From Candidatus Marinacidobacterium sp. (GTDB lineage Bacteria > Acidobacteriota > Vicinamibacteria > Marinacidobacterales > Marinacidobacteraceae), in the NCBI GenBank assembly GCA_965204755.1, contig OZ242011.1, positions 1,312,001-1,376,000 of the forward strand: a stretch of DNA of 64,000 nucleotides. The letters run 5' to 3'. How positions within the stretch are numbered: the first letter of the stretch is position 1; each line of letters begins with the position of its first letter. Made by a program: the position numbers and the translations under genes. Positions 28,365-38,551 of this stretch are shown here, piece after piece. The notes beneath the pieces are model-generated. The model had not been told where the DNA came from and did not search any database. It saw only the letters and a list, made by a program, of their open reading frames with translations.

Positions 28365-28913
28365 TCAGGCGTCACTCCGGGCGAACGGCATGCCGAATCC
28401 CCGGAGCAGCGCCCGCGCCTCGCTGTCGGTGGCCGCCGTGGTGCACATGGTCACATTCATCCCGCGAATCGCCTCGATCTGCGAGTAGTCGATCTCGGGG
28501 AACACCGACTGGTCGGTGAGGCCGAGCGTGTAGTTGCCCCTTCCGTCGAACGCCCGGTCGGAGACGCCGCGAAAGTCGTGCACCCTCGGCAGCGCGATGT
28601 TGATGAGCCGGTCCAGGAACTCGTACATCCGCACCCCGCGGAGCGTGACGCGGGCGCCCACCGGCATCCCGTCCCGGATCTTGAAGTTGGCGATGGACTT
28701 CCGGGCGCGGGTGACCACCGGACGCTGCCCGGTGATCGCCGACAAGTCGGACACCGCCGCTTCGATCAACTTGTGCTCCCGCGCGCCGTCGCCGACGCCC
28801 ATGTTGACGACGACCTTGGTCAGTCGGGGCACCGCGTGGACATTGCCGATGGACAGTTGCTCCCGGAGGCCCGGCGCGATCTCGTCGCGGTACCGGTCGC
28901 GCAGGCGGCTCAT
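28365..28913 (-). CDS. rplE: 50S ribosomal protein L5
   Basis: [30 protein letters not shown]. Confidence 0.96.
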   Translation of the reverse strand: MSRLRDRYRDEIAPGLREQLSIGNVHAVPRLTKVVVNMGVGDGAREHKLIEAAVSDLSAITGQRPVVTRARKSIANFKIRDGMPVGARVTLRGVRMYEFLDRLINIALPRVHDFRGVSDRAFDGRGNYTLGLTDQSVFPEIDYSQIEAIRGMNVTMCTTAATDSEARALLRGFGMPFARSDA

Positions 28914-29254
28914 CGGTCGAGGACTCCCTCGGACCTGACGCTCACGCGCACCTTGCGCCCGTCGCTCAGCCGCGTGCGGCGGATACGGGTGGGCGCGTTC
29001 GTCTCCGGATCCACCAGCATCACATTGCTCACCGCGACGGGCGCCTCGCGCTCGACCACGCCGCCCTTGATGTTCTGACGGGGATTCGCCTTGGTGTGGC
29101 GCCGGATCAGGTGCACGCCCTCGACCAGCACGCGGCCCGTCTCGGGAAACACCCGGAGGACGCGGCCGCGCTTCCCGATGTCGCTGCCCGCCATGATTTG
29201 GACCATGTCGTCCTTCTTCACATGCAGGCGAGTTCGTTCGCCGCGCCCGCCCAT
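28910..29254 (-). CDS. rplX: 50S ribosomal protein L24
   Basis: [28 protein letters not shown]. Confidence 0.95.
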   Translation of the reverse strand: MGGRGERTRLHVKKDDMVQIMAGSDIGKRGRVLRVFPETGRVLVEGVHLIRRHTKANPRQNIKGGVVEREAPVAVSNVMLVDPETNAPTRIRRTRLSDGRKVRVSVRSEGVLDR

Positions 29255-29256
29255 CT

Positions 29257-29625
29257 TCAGAGGACCTCGGGCGCCAGCGAGACGATCTTCATGAACTGCC
29301 GCTCCCGGAGTTCCCGGGCCACCGGCCCGAAGACGCGCGTTCCGGTCGGTTCCCGCGCTTCGTTGATCAAGACGGCGGCGTTGTCGCCGAACCGGATGTA
29401 GGAGCCGTCGGACCTCCGATGCTCCTTCCGGGTGCGCACGATGACCGCGCGGACGACGGCGCCCTTCTTGACGGCGCTCCCCGGCGCCGCTTCGCGGACC
29501 GAGGCCGTGATGACATCGCCGAGCCGCGCGACCCGCCCCACGCCGCCCCCGAGGGGCAGGATGCAGGTGACGCGGCGAGCGCCGGAGTTGTCGGCGACCT
29601 GGAGAACCGACTGCATCTGGATCAT
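29257..29625 (-). CDS. rplN: 50S ribosomal protein L14
   Basis: [35 protein letters not shown]. Confidence 0.97.
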   Translation of the reverse strand: MIQMQSVLQVADNSGARRVTCILPLGGGVGRVARLGDVITASVREAAPGSAVKKGAVVRAVIVRTRKEHRRSDGSYIRFGDNAAVLINEAREPTGTRVFGPVARELRERQFMKIVSLAPEVL

Positions 29626-29867
29626 GTCGCGCGCTCCAAGACTTCGAGCAGGCGCCAGCGCTTGGTCCTGGACAGCGGCCGGCACTCCTCGATCCGCACG
29701 CGGTCGCCGAGGCGGCCCTCGTTCCTCTCGTCATGCACCGCGAACTGCGAGGACTTGCGGTAGCGCCGCTTGTAGAGCGGATGCTGCACCAACCGTTCGA
29801 CGCGAACGGTGATGGTCTTGTCCGCTCGGTTCGCCACGACGGTTCCGGTTCGGATCAGTTTCGGCAT
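29622..29867 (-). CDS. rpsQ: 30S ribosomal protein S17
   Basis: GTVV...[23 protein letters not shown]. Confidence 0.95.
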   Translation of the reverse strand: MPKLIRTGTVVANRADKTITVRVERLVQHPLYKRRYRKSSQFAVHDERNEGRLGDRVRIEECRPLSRTKRWRLLEVLERAT

Positions 29868-29913
29868 GTTCGATCTTCCAGAAGGGAGCGGAGTCTTTCG
29901 GCGCCTTCGACGC

Positions 29914-30153
29914 TCAGTCTCCGTTCGCTTCGGGCGCCGCATCCGCGGGCGCTTCCGAGGCGATCTTCAGGCGGCGGCCGCGGGAGATCGTCTTGAGCCG
30001 GGCCAAGTCCCGCCGGAGCGCCTTCACCTTGTGCGTGTGCCCCAACTGCCCGGTCGCCGCCTCGAGCCGGGCGTCGAAGAGTTCCCGAGTGGCCTCGGTG
30101 AGTTTCCGTTCCAACTCCTCGTGGCTCAACTCGCGGATCTCCTTGGCCTTCAT
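29914..30153 (-). CDS. rpmC: 50S ribosomal protein L29
   Basis: [27 protein letters not shown]. Confidence 0.93.
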   Translation of the reverse strand: MKAKEIRELSHEELERKLTEATRELFDARLEAATGQLGHTHKVKALRRDLARLKTISRGRRLKIASEAPADAAPEANGD

Positions 30154-30572
30154 GTCGTTCCCCGCTCGAAACGGGTGACGAAACGCGTCGCCACGGGCAA
30201 CTTGTGGCCGGCCAGACGCATGGCCTCGACCGCCTGCTCCTCCGGGACACCTTCGATCTCGAACAGGATGCGTCCCGGGCGGACGACCGCCACCCAGCCC
30301 TCGGGGCCGCCCTTCCCCTTGCCCATGCGGGTCTCCTGCGGCTTCTTGGTGAACGGCTTGTCCGGGAAGATGCGGATCCAGAGGCGGCCGCTGCGACGGA
30401 CGAAGCGCGTGATGGCCACTCGCGCGGATTCGATCTGGCGGTTGCTGATCCACCCCGGCTCCAGCGTCTTGAGCCCGTAGTCGCCGAAGGCGACGGTCTG
30501 CCCGGTCCAGGACTTGCCCTTCATCCGCCCGCGCTGCTGCTTGCGGTAGCGGGTCTTTTTCGGCTGAAGCAC
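30150..30572 (-). CDS. rplP: 50S ribosomal protein L16
   Basis: [27 protein letters not shown]. Confidence 0.97.
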   Translation of the reverse strand: MLQPKKTRYRKQQRGRMKGKSWTGQTVAFGDYGLKTLEPGWISNRQIESARVAITRFVRRSGRLWIRIFPDKPFTKKPQETRMGKGKGGPEGWVAVVRPGRILFEIEGVPEEQAVEAMRLAGHKLPVATRFVTRFERGTT

Positions 30573-30587
30573 GAGGGCGGTTCCTCC

Positions 30588-31325
30588 CTACTCCGCCGGC
30601 GGGGCGGCTTCCGCTTCGGCCGGGCCGGCGGGCCGGCGGACGGGGTCCGGGCGTTGGGGCGACTCGGGGCGCTCCCGAATCTCCGGACGCGACCGGCCTC
30701 CCGGATCTCCCTCGCCCCGATAGATCCAGCACTTGACGCCGATCTGTCCGTAGGTGGTGAACGCTTCGGCAAGCCCGTACTCGATGTCCGCGCGCAGGGT
30801 GTGGAGCGGCAGTTGCCCTTCCAGATACCACTCCGAGCGGGCGATGTCCGCGCCGTTCAACCGTCCGGCGCAGCGGATGCGGACACCTCTCGCGCCGTTG
30901 CGCATCGTGTTCTCGACCGCCTTGCGCATGGCTCGGCGGAAGGCGATCCGCTTCTCGAGTTGCAGCGCGATGGACTCGGCGACGAGTTGGGGATCGAGTT
31001 CCGGCTTGATGACCTCGAGCGGTCGGATGTGGACTTCCTTGCCGGTCCGGCGGCGCAGGTCGCGGGTCAGTTTCTCGACCTCGGTCCCCTTGCGGCCGAT
31101 GATGATTCCCGGGCGGGAGGTGTAGATGTAGATGTTGAGTTTGTTGCCGGGGCGTTCGATCTCCACCCGCGAGATCCCGGCGTGGTAGAGCCGCTTCTTG
31201 AGCAGCCGACGCAACTGCAGGTCTTCGTGGAGCGCGTCCCGGTACGAAGCCGAGGCGAACCAGCGCGAGCGCCAGGTCTTGGTGTAGCCCAGCCGGAAAC
31301 CGCGCGGATGAACCTTCTGACCCAT
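30588..31325 (-). CDS. rpsC: 30S ribosomal protein S3
   Basis: [31 protein letters not shown]. Confidence 0.97.
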   Translation of the reverse strand: MGQKVHPRGFRLGYTKTWRSRWFASASYRDALHEDLQLRRLLKKRLYHAGISRVEIERPGNKLNIYIYTSRPGIIIGRKGTEVEKLTRDLRRRTGKEVHIRPLEVIKPELDPQLVAESIALQLEKRIAFRRAMRKAVENTMRNGARGVRIRCAGRLNGADIARSEWYLEGQLPLHTLRADIEYGLAEAFTTYGQIGVKCWIYRGEGDPGGRSRPEIRERPESPQRPDPVRRPAGPAEAEAAPPAE

Positions 31326-31327
31326 GC

Positions 31328-31687
31328 CTAGTCCTCGTCTTCCGCGGTGACCCGAATCCGGTAGTGCGTCGTCCGCCGCCGGATCCGGCGCATTCGGGTG
31401 CGGCGGCCGCTCCGCGCGATCGTCCGCGCCGGGCCCCCGTCGGCGACGGCTTCGGCGACGACGAGTCGGTCCTCGTCGAGGCGCCGCGCTTCCTGGAGAG
31501 CCTTGGTCTGCGCATTGGCGATCGCCGAACGGAGGACCTTCTCGATGATCGGCGCCGCTCTCCGATTGGTGTTCCGGAGCACGGCGATGGCGTCCACGGC
31601 CTTCTTGTTCCTGATCAAGTCGAGCACCAACCGCGCCTTCTGGACCGATCCCGGAACCGCGGTAGCCCGCGCCACGGCCTCGATCAT
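31328..31687 (-). CDS. rplV: 50S ribosomal protein L22 (divergent tunnel loop)
   Basis: [22 protein letters not shown]...RTTH; lies between rpsS and rpsC. Confidence 0.93.
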   Translation of the reverse strand: MIEAVARATAVPGSVQKARLVLDLIRNKKAVDAIAVLRNTNRRAAPIIEKVLRSAIANAQTKALQEARRLDEDRLVVAEAVADGGPARTIARSGRRTRMRRIRRRTTHYRIRVTAEDED

Positions 31688-31968
31688 CTCCGGGCTCCGG
31701 CCTTCTCGGTCTTCACCTTGTGCCCCTTGAAGGTGCGGGTGGGCGAGAACTCGCCCAACTTGTGGCCGACCATGGTGTCGGTCACATAGACCGGAATGAA
31801 CTTCCGTCCGTTGTGAACGGCGAAAGTGAGCCCCACCATCTGCGGCACGATCATGGAGCGTCGGGACCAGGTCTTGATGATGGTCTGGCGGCGCGCGGTG
31901 ATCGCGTCTTCCACCTTGCGGAGGAGGCTCTCCTCGATGTAGGGCCCCTTGTGTCGTGAGCGCGGCAT
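31684..31968 (-). CDS. rpsS: 30S ribosomal protein S19
   Basis: [26 protein letters not shown]. Confidence 0.97.
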   Translation of the reverse strand: MPRSRHKGPYIEESLLRKVEDAITARRQTIIKTWSRRSMIVPQMVGLTFAVHNGRKFIPVYVTDTMVGHKLGEFSPTRTFKGHKVKTEKAGARR

Positions 31969-32012
31969 GTCTTCCTCGACTCGTTCTTCCTCGACTCGTC
32001 TGCCGGTTCCGG

Positions 32013-32843
32013 CTACCGCCGCCGCTTCCGGGAGCGAACGATCATGGAGTCCGTCCGCTTGTTGTTGCGCGTCTTGTGCCCCTTCGTCGGCACGCCCCAC
32101 GGGCTGACGGGGTGCCGGCCTCCGGAACTCTTGCCCTCGCCGCCGCCGTGGGGATGGTCCACCGGGTTCATGGTCACGCCCCGGTTGTGCGGGCGGCGGC
32201 CGAGCCACCGCTTCCGGCCGGCCTTGCCCAATTTCACATTGACATGCTCGACATTGGAGACCTGGCCGATGGTGGCGCGGCATTCCCGGAGGACGCGGCG
32301 TACTTCGCCCGACGGCAGCCTCACCTGCGCGTAACGCCCTTCCTTCGCCACCAGTTGGACGAAGGATCCGGCGCTCCGAGCCAGTTTGCCTCCGCCGCCG
32401 GGGCGGAGTTCCACATTGTGGATGGTCGAGCCGAGCGGGATCCGCTCGATCCGGATCGCGTTTCCGGGAGCGATCTCGGCGGAGTCGCTGGCGACCACGG
32501 TGTCGCCCACCTTCATGCCGACCGCATGCAGGATGTACCGCTTCTCGCCATCGAGATAGTGGAGCAGGGCGATGCGCGCCGACCGGTTCGGGTCGTACTC
32601 GATCGAGGCCACGCGCGCCGGAACCTCCGGCTTCGCGCGGCGGAAATCGACCCGACGGTAGCGCCGTTTGTGGCCGCCGCCACGGAACCGGACGGTGATC
32701 CGGCCGGCCCGGCTGCGCCCCCCGGTGGACTTCTTGCCGACCGTAAGGCCCTTGACCGGGCGGTCCGTCGTCAGTTCCTCGAAGGTCTGGACGGTGTGGA
32801 AGCGCCGGCCGGGAGAGGTCGGGCGGGAGGAGCGGATCGCCAT
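32013..32843 (-). CDS. rplB: 50S ribosomal protein L2
   Basis: [25 protein letters not shown]. Confidence 0.98.
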   Translation of the reverse strand: MAIRSSRPTSPGRRFHTVQTFEELTTDRPVKGLTVGKKSTGGRSRAGRITVRFRGGGHKRRYRRVDFRRAKPEVPARVASIEYDPNRSARIALLHYLDGEKRYILHAVGMKVGDTVVASDSAEIAPGNAIRIERIPLGSTIHNVELRPGGGGKLARSAGSFVQLVAKEGRYAQVRLPSGEVRRVLRECRATIGQVSNVEHVNVKLGKAGRKRWLGRRPHNRGVTMNPVDHPHGGGEGKSSGGRHPVSPWGVPTKGHKTRNNKRTDSMIVRSRKRRR

Positions 32844-32856
32844 CTCGTCCTCTCCG

Positions 32857-33147
32857 CTAGACGCCCTTGTAGATCTGGATTTCGTGTCCCTCTTCGAGGG
32901 TCACGAACGCCTTCTTCCAGTCCGGACGCTTCCCGCGGAACCGCCCCCAACGCTTGAACTTCCCGGTGTTGTTCAACGTCCGCACCGCGGTGACCCGCAC
33001 CTCGAACAGGCTCTCCACCGCGCGGCGGATGTCCACCTTGTTCGCCCCGGGCGCCACCCGGAAACAGACGACATTCGACTGCTCGCGCAACCGGTCGCTC
33101 TTTTCGGTGGTGAGCGCGCCCAGGATCACTCGGTCGGGCTCCATCAC
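32857..33147 (-). CDS. rplW: 50S ribosomal protein L23
   Basis: [22 protein letters not shown]. Confidence 0.95.
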   Translation of the reverse strand: MMEPDRVILGALTTEKSDRLREQSNVVCFRVAPGANKVDIRRAVESLFEVRVTAVRTLNNTGKFKRWGRFRGKRPDWKKAFVTLEEGHEIQIYKGV

Positions 33148-33905
33148 GCGTCTCCCGAGCCGTTCCCGGCGCCGCCGCCGGTCTCGCCGGCGGTCTCCCT
33201 CGCCGGGGCCGGTTCGCCTTCGGCCGCGGTCGCCGGGAGAGCCGGGCCCGCCTCATCGCGTTCCCCGGACTTCTCGGCCAGCGCGTCGAGCGCCGAACGG
33301 CGAACGAGCAGGGTGCGGGCCCGGAGGATGTGGTAGCAGTGGAGGGCGGTTACCGAACTCACCTCCAGCCGCGCCACATTGCGGGCCGAGAGACAGAGGT
33401 TCGCCGACGGAGCGTCCTCGACGATCAGCACCCGGCCGTCGGCGATCTCCCATTCGCCGAGCCGGTTCAGCAGGGTCTTGGTCGAGGGGCGGGCGAGTTC
33501 GATTTCGTCGTACACCCGGACCTGTCCCTCGCTCGCGCGGAGCGAGAGCGCCGAACGGATCGCGCCCCGCTGCATCCGGCCGGGAAGCCGGTAGGCGTAG
33601 TCGCGCGGCTGCGGTCCGAACACCGTGCCGCCGCCTCGCCAGAGCGGGTTCCGGCGGCTGCCGCTCCGCGCGTTGCCGGTGCCCTTCTGCCGCCAGGGCT
33701 TCCTTCCTCCGCCGGCGACCAGCGCGCGGTTCTTGGTGGCGTGGGTTCCGGCCCGACGACCGGCCATGAACTGGCGCACGGCGTCATAGTGGAGCGCGCG
33801 GTTCACCGGCTGGGCGAAGATTTCGGCGTTCAGCGAGACCTCTCCGCCGCCGCAGACGGGCGCCGGCGGAACCTGGACGGCGGCGCCGGAGGATTCGCTG
33901 GTCAT
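33144..33905 (-). CDS. rplD: 50S ribosomal protein L4
   Basis: [32 protein letters not shown]; low-complexity C-terminal tail. Confidence 0.96.
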   Translation of the reverse strand: MTSESSGAAVQVPPAPVCGGGEVSLNAEIFAQPVNRALHYDAVRQFMAGRRAGTHATKNRALVAGGGRKPWRQKGTGNARSGSRRNPLWRGGGTVFGPQPRDYAYRLPGRMQRGAIRSALSLRASEGQVRVYDEIELARPSTKTLLNRLGEWEIADGRVLIVEDAPSANLCLSARNVARLEVSSVTALHCYHILRARTLLVRRSALDALAEKSGERDEAGPALPATAAEGEPAPARETAGETGGGAGNGSGDA

Positions 33906-33912
33906 TCCCCGC

Positions 33913-34536
33913 TCAGACCTTGCGGATCTCCAGGTATCCGCCGCGCGGCCCCGGTACGGCGCCGCGCACTTGGATGAGACCCTGTTCCGGGTCCACGCCG
34001 ACCACGCGGAGGTTCTTGACGGTCACGCGGCGGTCACCGTGATGGCCGGGAAGGCGCGTGCCCGGGAGGACGCGGGAGGGCGTGGCGCACATCCCGATCG
34101 CCCCCGGCGCGCGATGGAATTTGGACCCGTGCGACTTCGGGCCGCCGTGGAAGCCGTGCCGCTTCATGACGCCGGTGAATCCCTTCCCCTTGCTCAGCCC
34201 GCTGACCCGGACTCGCTGGTCGGGAGAGAAGATCTCCGCGCCGAGCCGCGCTCCCACTTCGATGTCCTCCGAGGCGTCCGCGCGGAACTCTCGCAGCAGC
34301 GGCGCGCCGCCGCCCTCGAGCGGGCCCCCGGCCAAGCGGGCGCCGGCCGGCTTCGAGGCGCGGCGCCGACCGGAGCCGACGAGCCCCACCTGCACGGCGT
34401 CGTAGCCGTCGGCGGTCGCCGTCTTCAACTGGGTGACCACGCAGGGGCCCACCCGGATGACGGTGACCGGTTCGACCCGGCCGTCGGGACGAAAGTGCTG
34501 GGCCATTCCCAGTTTCACGCCCAACAGACCGTCCAT
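33913..34536 (-). CDS. rplC: 50S ribosomal protein L3
   Basis: [32 protein letters not shown]. Confidence 0.96.
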   Translation of the reverse strand: MDGLLGVKLGMAQHFRPDGRVEPVTVIRVGPCVVTQLKTATADGYDAVQVGLVGSGRRRASKPAGARLAGGPLEGGGAPLLREFRADASEDIEVGARLGAEIFSPDQRVRVSGLSKGKGFTGVMKRHGFHGGPKSHGSKFHRAPGAIGMCATPSRVLPGTRLPGHHGDRRVTVKNLRVVGVDPEQGLIQVRGAVPGPRGGYLEIRKV

Positions 34537-34571
34537 GGCTCGCTCCGCTTCGTCCGTTCTCGCTGGCCGGG

Positions 34572-34904
34572 CTACTGCGCCTGCGGCTCGTCCGAGACCA
34601 TGGCCTTGATCTCGACATGCACGCCGGCCGGCAGGTCGAGCCGCGAAAGCGCGTCCACGGTCGTCGGAGTGGAGCCGAGGATGTCGAGCAGGCGCTTGTG
34701 CGTGCGCAACTCGAATTGCTCCCGGGACTTCTTGTCCACATGCGGGGAACGGAGCACCGTGTAGCGATTCTTCACCGTCGGCAGCGGTATCGGCCCGGCG
34801 ACGGAGGCGCCCGTCCGCTTCGCCGTCTCGACGATCTCGTTCGTGGACTGATCGAGCAGACGATGGTCGAACGCCTTGAGGCGGATCCGGATCTTCTCGT
34901 TCAT
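34572..34904 (-). CDS. rpsJ: 30S ribosomal protein S10
   Basis: [31 protein letters not shown]. Confidence 0.98.
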   Translation of the reverse strand: MNEKIRIRLKAFDHRLLDQSTNEIVETAKRTGASVAGPIPLPTVKNRYTVLRSPHVDKKSREQFELRTHKRLLDILGSTPTTVDALSRLDLPAGVHVEIKAMVSDEPQAQ

Positions 34905-34960
34905 CGGGTCAGATCGATCTGGTCAGGTCGATCGGGTCAGGCCAATCCCATTCGGGTCAG
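34903..34960. repeat. Imperfect 14-bp tandem repeats filling the fusA-rpsJ spacer
   Basis: ATCGGGTCAGATCG / ATCTGGTCAGGTCG / ATCGGGTCAGGCCA, plus TCGGGTCAG at the fusA stop. Confidence 0.75.
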
Positions 34961-37059
34961 GCGCTCGCCATCACTTCGGCGGTCACGCCTTCCGGCGCCT
35001 CTTCGTAGGAACCGAAGTGCATGGTGTAGGTCGCTCGCCCCTGGGTGGCTGACCGGATGTCGGTGGCGTAGCCGAACATGCCGGCCAAGGGGACCTGCGC
35101 TTCGATGACGCGGGCGTTGCCCCGCATCGAGAGTCCGCCGATCCGGGCCCGCCGCGCCGAGAGATCCCCCATCACTTCGCCGGTGTAATCGTCCGGGGTG
35201 ACGACCTCCACCTTCATCACCGGCTCCAGGATGACCGGGGAGCACTGACGGAGGGCGGTCTTCACCGCGAGGGAACCGGCGATCCGGAAGGCGATTTCGG
35301 AACTGTCCACGGTGTGGAACGACCCGTCGTACAACCGCACCGACACGCCGATCACCGGGTATCCGGCGAGCGGGCCGGCGGCGAGCGCCTCCTTGGCGCC
35401 GGCCTCGACGGCGGGGATGAACTCCTTCGGAATCGCGCCGCCGACGATGGCGTTCACGAACTCGAAGGCGCCGTCGGTACGCGGGCTCACCTCGACCTCC
35501 ACATGGCCGTACTGACCGCGCCCGCCGGTCTGGCGCACATAACGGCCGGTAGTCCGGGAAACGGAACGAATCGCCTCCCGATAGGCGACTCGGGGCCTTC
35601 CGACGACGCCGGTGACCTGGAACTCGCGCAGCAGGCGGTCCACGATGATCTCGAGGTGCAACTCTCCCATTCCGCTGATGATCGTCTGGGCGGTTTCCTG
35701 GTCGGTGTGGACCCGAAAAGTCGGGTCCTCGTGGGTCATCTTGCCGAGCGCCGCGGAGAGTTTTTCCTGGTCGGCCTTCGTGGCCGGCTCGATGACGCGT
35801 GAAATCACCGGCTCCGGGAACTCCATCGCCTCGAGTACGACCGGCGCATCGGGGGCGCAGATCGTCTCGCCGGTGCGGGAGTTCTTGAGACCGACCGCCG
35901 CGGCGATGTCACCGGCATACACCGCATCGATCTCTTCGCGCTTGTTCGCATGCACCTTCAGCAGCCGGCCCACCCGGGAGCGGCGGCCCCGGGTCGAGTT
36001 CAGCACGGTGTCTCCGGCGCGGAGCACTCCGGAGTACACCCGGAAGAAAGACAACTGGCCGACGAACGGGTCGGCCGTGACCTTGAACACGAGCGCGGAG
36101 AGCGGCGCCTCGTCCGACGCCTCCCGGATTTCCGAGCCGTTGTCCTGCGAGCCGTTGTCCTCCGGGCCGTTGTCCGTGGTCGAAACGCTGCCGCGCACGG
36201 AAGGGACATCGGTAGGCGCCGGCAAGTAGGACACCACGGCGTCGAGCAGCGGCTGGACTCCCTTGTTGCGGAACGCCGAGCCGCAGAGCACCGGTACGAG
36301 TTGCAGATCGAGGGTCGCGCGTCGAAGCGCCGTGTGGCACTGCTCTTCCGTCAGGTCGCCGTTCTCGTCCCAGAGTTCGAGCGCGTCCAAGTCCGTTTCG
36401 CAGATCTGCTCGAGGAGCGATTCGCGGGCGCTGCGCGCCCGGTCCGACCGTTCCGGCGCGATCTCGCACTCCTCGAACCTCGCGCCGAGCGCGTCCCCGA
36501 GGTACCGGATCTCCTTCATGCGAACGAGATCCACCACCCCCTCGTATCCCTCCTCCGACCCGATCGGCAACTGTATCGGCGCGGGGCGGGCGCCGAGGCG
36601 TTCTTCGATCATGCCGACCACGCGTTCGAAGTCCGCGCCGGCGCGGTCCATCTTGTTGACGAACGCCACCCGAGGCACCCGGTACTTGTCCGCCTGGCGC
36701 CAGACGGTCTCCGACTGAGGCTCCACGCCGCCGACGGCGCAGAAGACCGCTACGGCGCCGTCGAGAACCCGGAGCGAGCGCTCCACTTCCGCCGTGAAGT
36801 CCACATGTCCCGGAGTATCGATGATGTTGATTCTCCGGTCTTTCCAGAAGCAGGTCGTCGCCGCGGAAGTGATCGTGATCCCGCGCTCCTGTTCCTGCTC
36901 CATCCAGTCCATGGTGGCGGTGCCTTCGTGGACCTCCCCGAGTTTGTAGGTGATCCCGGTGTAGTACAGGATGCGCTCGGTCGTGGTCGTCTTGCCGGCG
37001 TCTATGTGCGCCATGATCCCGATGTTCCGGGTATCGGCGAGCGCGACTTGGCGGGGCAT
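34957..37059 (-). CDS. fusA: Elongation factor G
   Basis: [41 protein letters not shown]; follows rpsG. Confidence 0.98.
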   Translation of the reverse strand: MPRQVALADTRNIGIMAHIDAGKTTTTERILYYTGITYKLGEVHEGTATMDWMEQEQERGITITSAATTCFWKDRRINIIDTPGHVDFTAEVERSLRVLDGAVAVFCAVGGVEPQSETVWRQADKYRVPRVAFVNKMDRAGADFERVVGMIEERLGARPAPIQLPIGSEEGYEGVVDLVRMKEIRYLGDALGARFEECEIAPERSDRARSARESLLEQICETDLDALELWDENGDLTEEQCHTALRRATLDLQLVPVLCGSAFRNKGVQPLLDAVVSYLPAPTDVPSVRGSVSTTDNGPEDNGSQDNGSEIREASDEAPLSALVFKVTADPFVGQLSFFRVYSGVLRAGDTVLNSTRGRRSRVGRLLKVHANKREEIDAVYAGDIAAAVGLKNSRTGETICAPDAPVVLEAMEFPEPVISRVIEPATKADQEKLSAALGKMTHEDPTFRVHTDQETAQTIISGMGELHLEIIVDRLLREFQVTGVVGRPRVAYREAIRSVSRTTGRYVRQTGGRGQYGHVEVEVSPRTDGAFEFVNAIVGGAIPKEFIPAVEAGAKEALAAGPLAGYPVIGVSVRLYDGSFHTVDSSEIAFRIAGSLAVKTALRQCSPVILEPVMKVEVVTPDDYTGEVMGDLSARRARIGGLSMRGNARVIEAQVPLAGMFGYATDIRSATQGRATYTMHFGSYEEAPEGVTAEVMASA

Positions 37060-37165
37060 GGAAGCGCGGAAGGGAAGCGCGGAAGGAAGAAGCGTGGAGA
37101 GGAGTCGGTTCGGAACGAAGGGAGCGGCGAGACTCGGGTCCGGTGGGGAATCGGCCGGGGAGGCG

Positions 37166-37636
37166 CTACCAGCGGTGGTGCGCGAAGGCCTTGTTCGCTT
37201 CGGCCATCTTGTGGGTGTCTTCCCGCTTCTTGATCGCGCCGCCCCGGTTCTGGGAAGCGTCCAGGATCTCACCGGCCAACTTCTCGACCATCGTCTTCTC
37301 CGGGCGCCTCCGGGCGTAGGTCACGAGCCAGCGCAGCGAGAGCGAGGTGCGGCGTTCCGGCCGCACTTCGAAAGGCACCTGCACATTGGAGCCGCCCTTC
37401 CGGCGGCTCTTCACTTCGAGGCTCGGCTTCACATTCGCCACGGCCTCGCGGAAAGTCGCTACCGGCTCGGCGTCGGTGCGCTCCCGAATCCGATCGAAAG
37501 CGCCATAGACCACCGATTCGGCGACGGACTTCTTGCCGTCGAGCATCACCTTGTTGATGAACGAGGACACGAGCACGCTCTGGTAGCGGGAGTCGGGCGC
37601 CGGTTGCCGCTTCGGCACATCGCGTCGTCGGGACAT
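37166..37636 (-). CDS. rpsG: 30S ribosomal protein S7
   Basis: [26 protein letters not shown]. Confidence 0.97.
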   Translation of the reverse strand: MSRRRDVPKRQPAPDSRYQSVLVSSFINKVMLDGKKSVAESVVYGAFDRIRERTDAEPVATFREAVANVKPSLEVKSRRKGGSNVQVPFEVRPERRTSLSLRWLVTYARRRPEKTMVEKLAGEILDASQNRGGAIKKREDTHKMAEANKAFAHHRW

Positions 37637-37715
37637 GACTACGACCTGGGGGCGGCTTGCTGCGAGAGTTCGCGGACCGGTTTCGTGGGCGCTGCTTCCG
37701 TGGGCGCTGCGAAGA

Positions 37716-38090
37716 TCAATTCTTCGGGCGGCGGGTTCCGTACTTGGAACGCGCATTCATCCGACCGTCCACTCCCACCGCATCGAGGGCGCCGCGAATC
37801 ACATGGTAACGAACGCCCGGAAGATCCTTCACCCGGCCGCCGCGAATGAGCACGATCGAGTGCTCCTGCAGGTTGTGGCCGACGCCCGGTATGTAGGTGG
37901 TGACCTCGATCCCGTTCGTGAGGCGGACGCGGGCCACTTTCCGAAGGGCCGAGTTCGGCTTCTTCGGGTTGACCGTGAAGACCCGGACGCACACGCCCCG
38001 GCGCTGGGGACACCGCTGGAGCGCCGGCGAATCGGTGGCCGGAGCGGCCCGTTTTCGGCCTCGGCGGACGAGTTGGTGGATCGTCGGCAT
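37716..38090 (-). CDS. rpsL: 30S ribosomal protein S12
   Basis: [35 protein letters not shown]. Confidence 0.98.
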   Translation of the reverse strand: MPTIHQLVRRGRKRAAPATDSPALQRCPQRRGVCVRVFTVNPKKPNSALRKVARVRLTNGIEVTTYIPGVGHNLQEHSIVLIRGGRVKDLPGVRYHVIRGALDAVGVDGRMNARSKYGTRRPKN

Positions 38091-38392
38091 CGGGCAGGTC
38101 TCGGGTCAGTAGTCGGGGAGTGTGCCGGGCGGTGGCGGAGGGTCGAGGGAGATCGGGAGAAACGGGTGTGAGAGATGCGAAATCGGGACGAAAACGAGGA
38201 AAAACGAGGGAATCCCACGCGGGAAACCGGAAGATCGAGCGCCGACCACCCACCCGCGAGGGGCTCGGAAACGCCGATCGGTGGATCACGCCTCCCGCTC
38301 GCTGAGCCGGGAAGACGCCGGGGTGCTCGGGACGCCGGGAACTGTCGGCCGCCGTTGGGGCAGGCCGTTCCGGGGCGCGAAGCGAACGAATG

Positions 38393-38422
38393 ATTCTACG
38401 CCTCCGGCGGCCCCGTTGTCAA
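38393..38422 (-). promoter_or_regulatory. Sigma70-type promoter of the str/S10 operon
   Basis: TTGACA-18 bp-TAGAAT on the minus strand, about 300 bp upstream of rpsL. Confidence 0.8.
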
Positions 38423-38551
38423 ATGCCGGTCCCGCGGTTCTCGAATCGCCGCCCGAATGCCGGGCGGGGCGGACCGCGGCTCCGGGCGCGGCCCCCGCCG
38501 GGGCCGCGTCGTCGGGCGGGCGGGCAGGCGCGCGCCTGCCCCGGAAGGGAT

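Noticed and set aside
37716-38090. Streptomycin-resistance substitutions in S12
   Set aside because: The PKKPNSA and RVKDLPG motifs are wild type.
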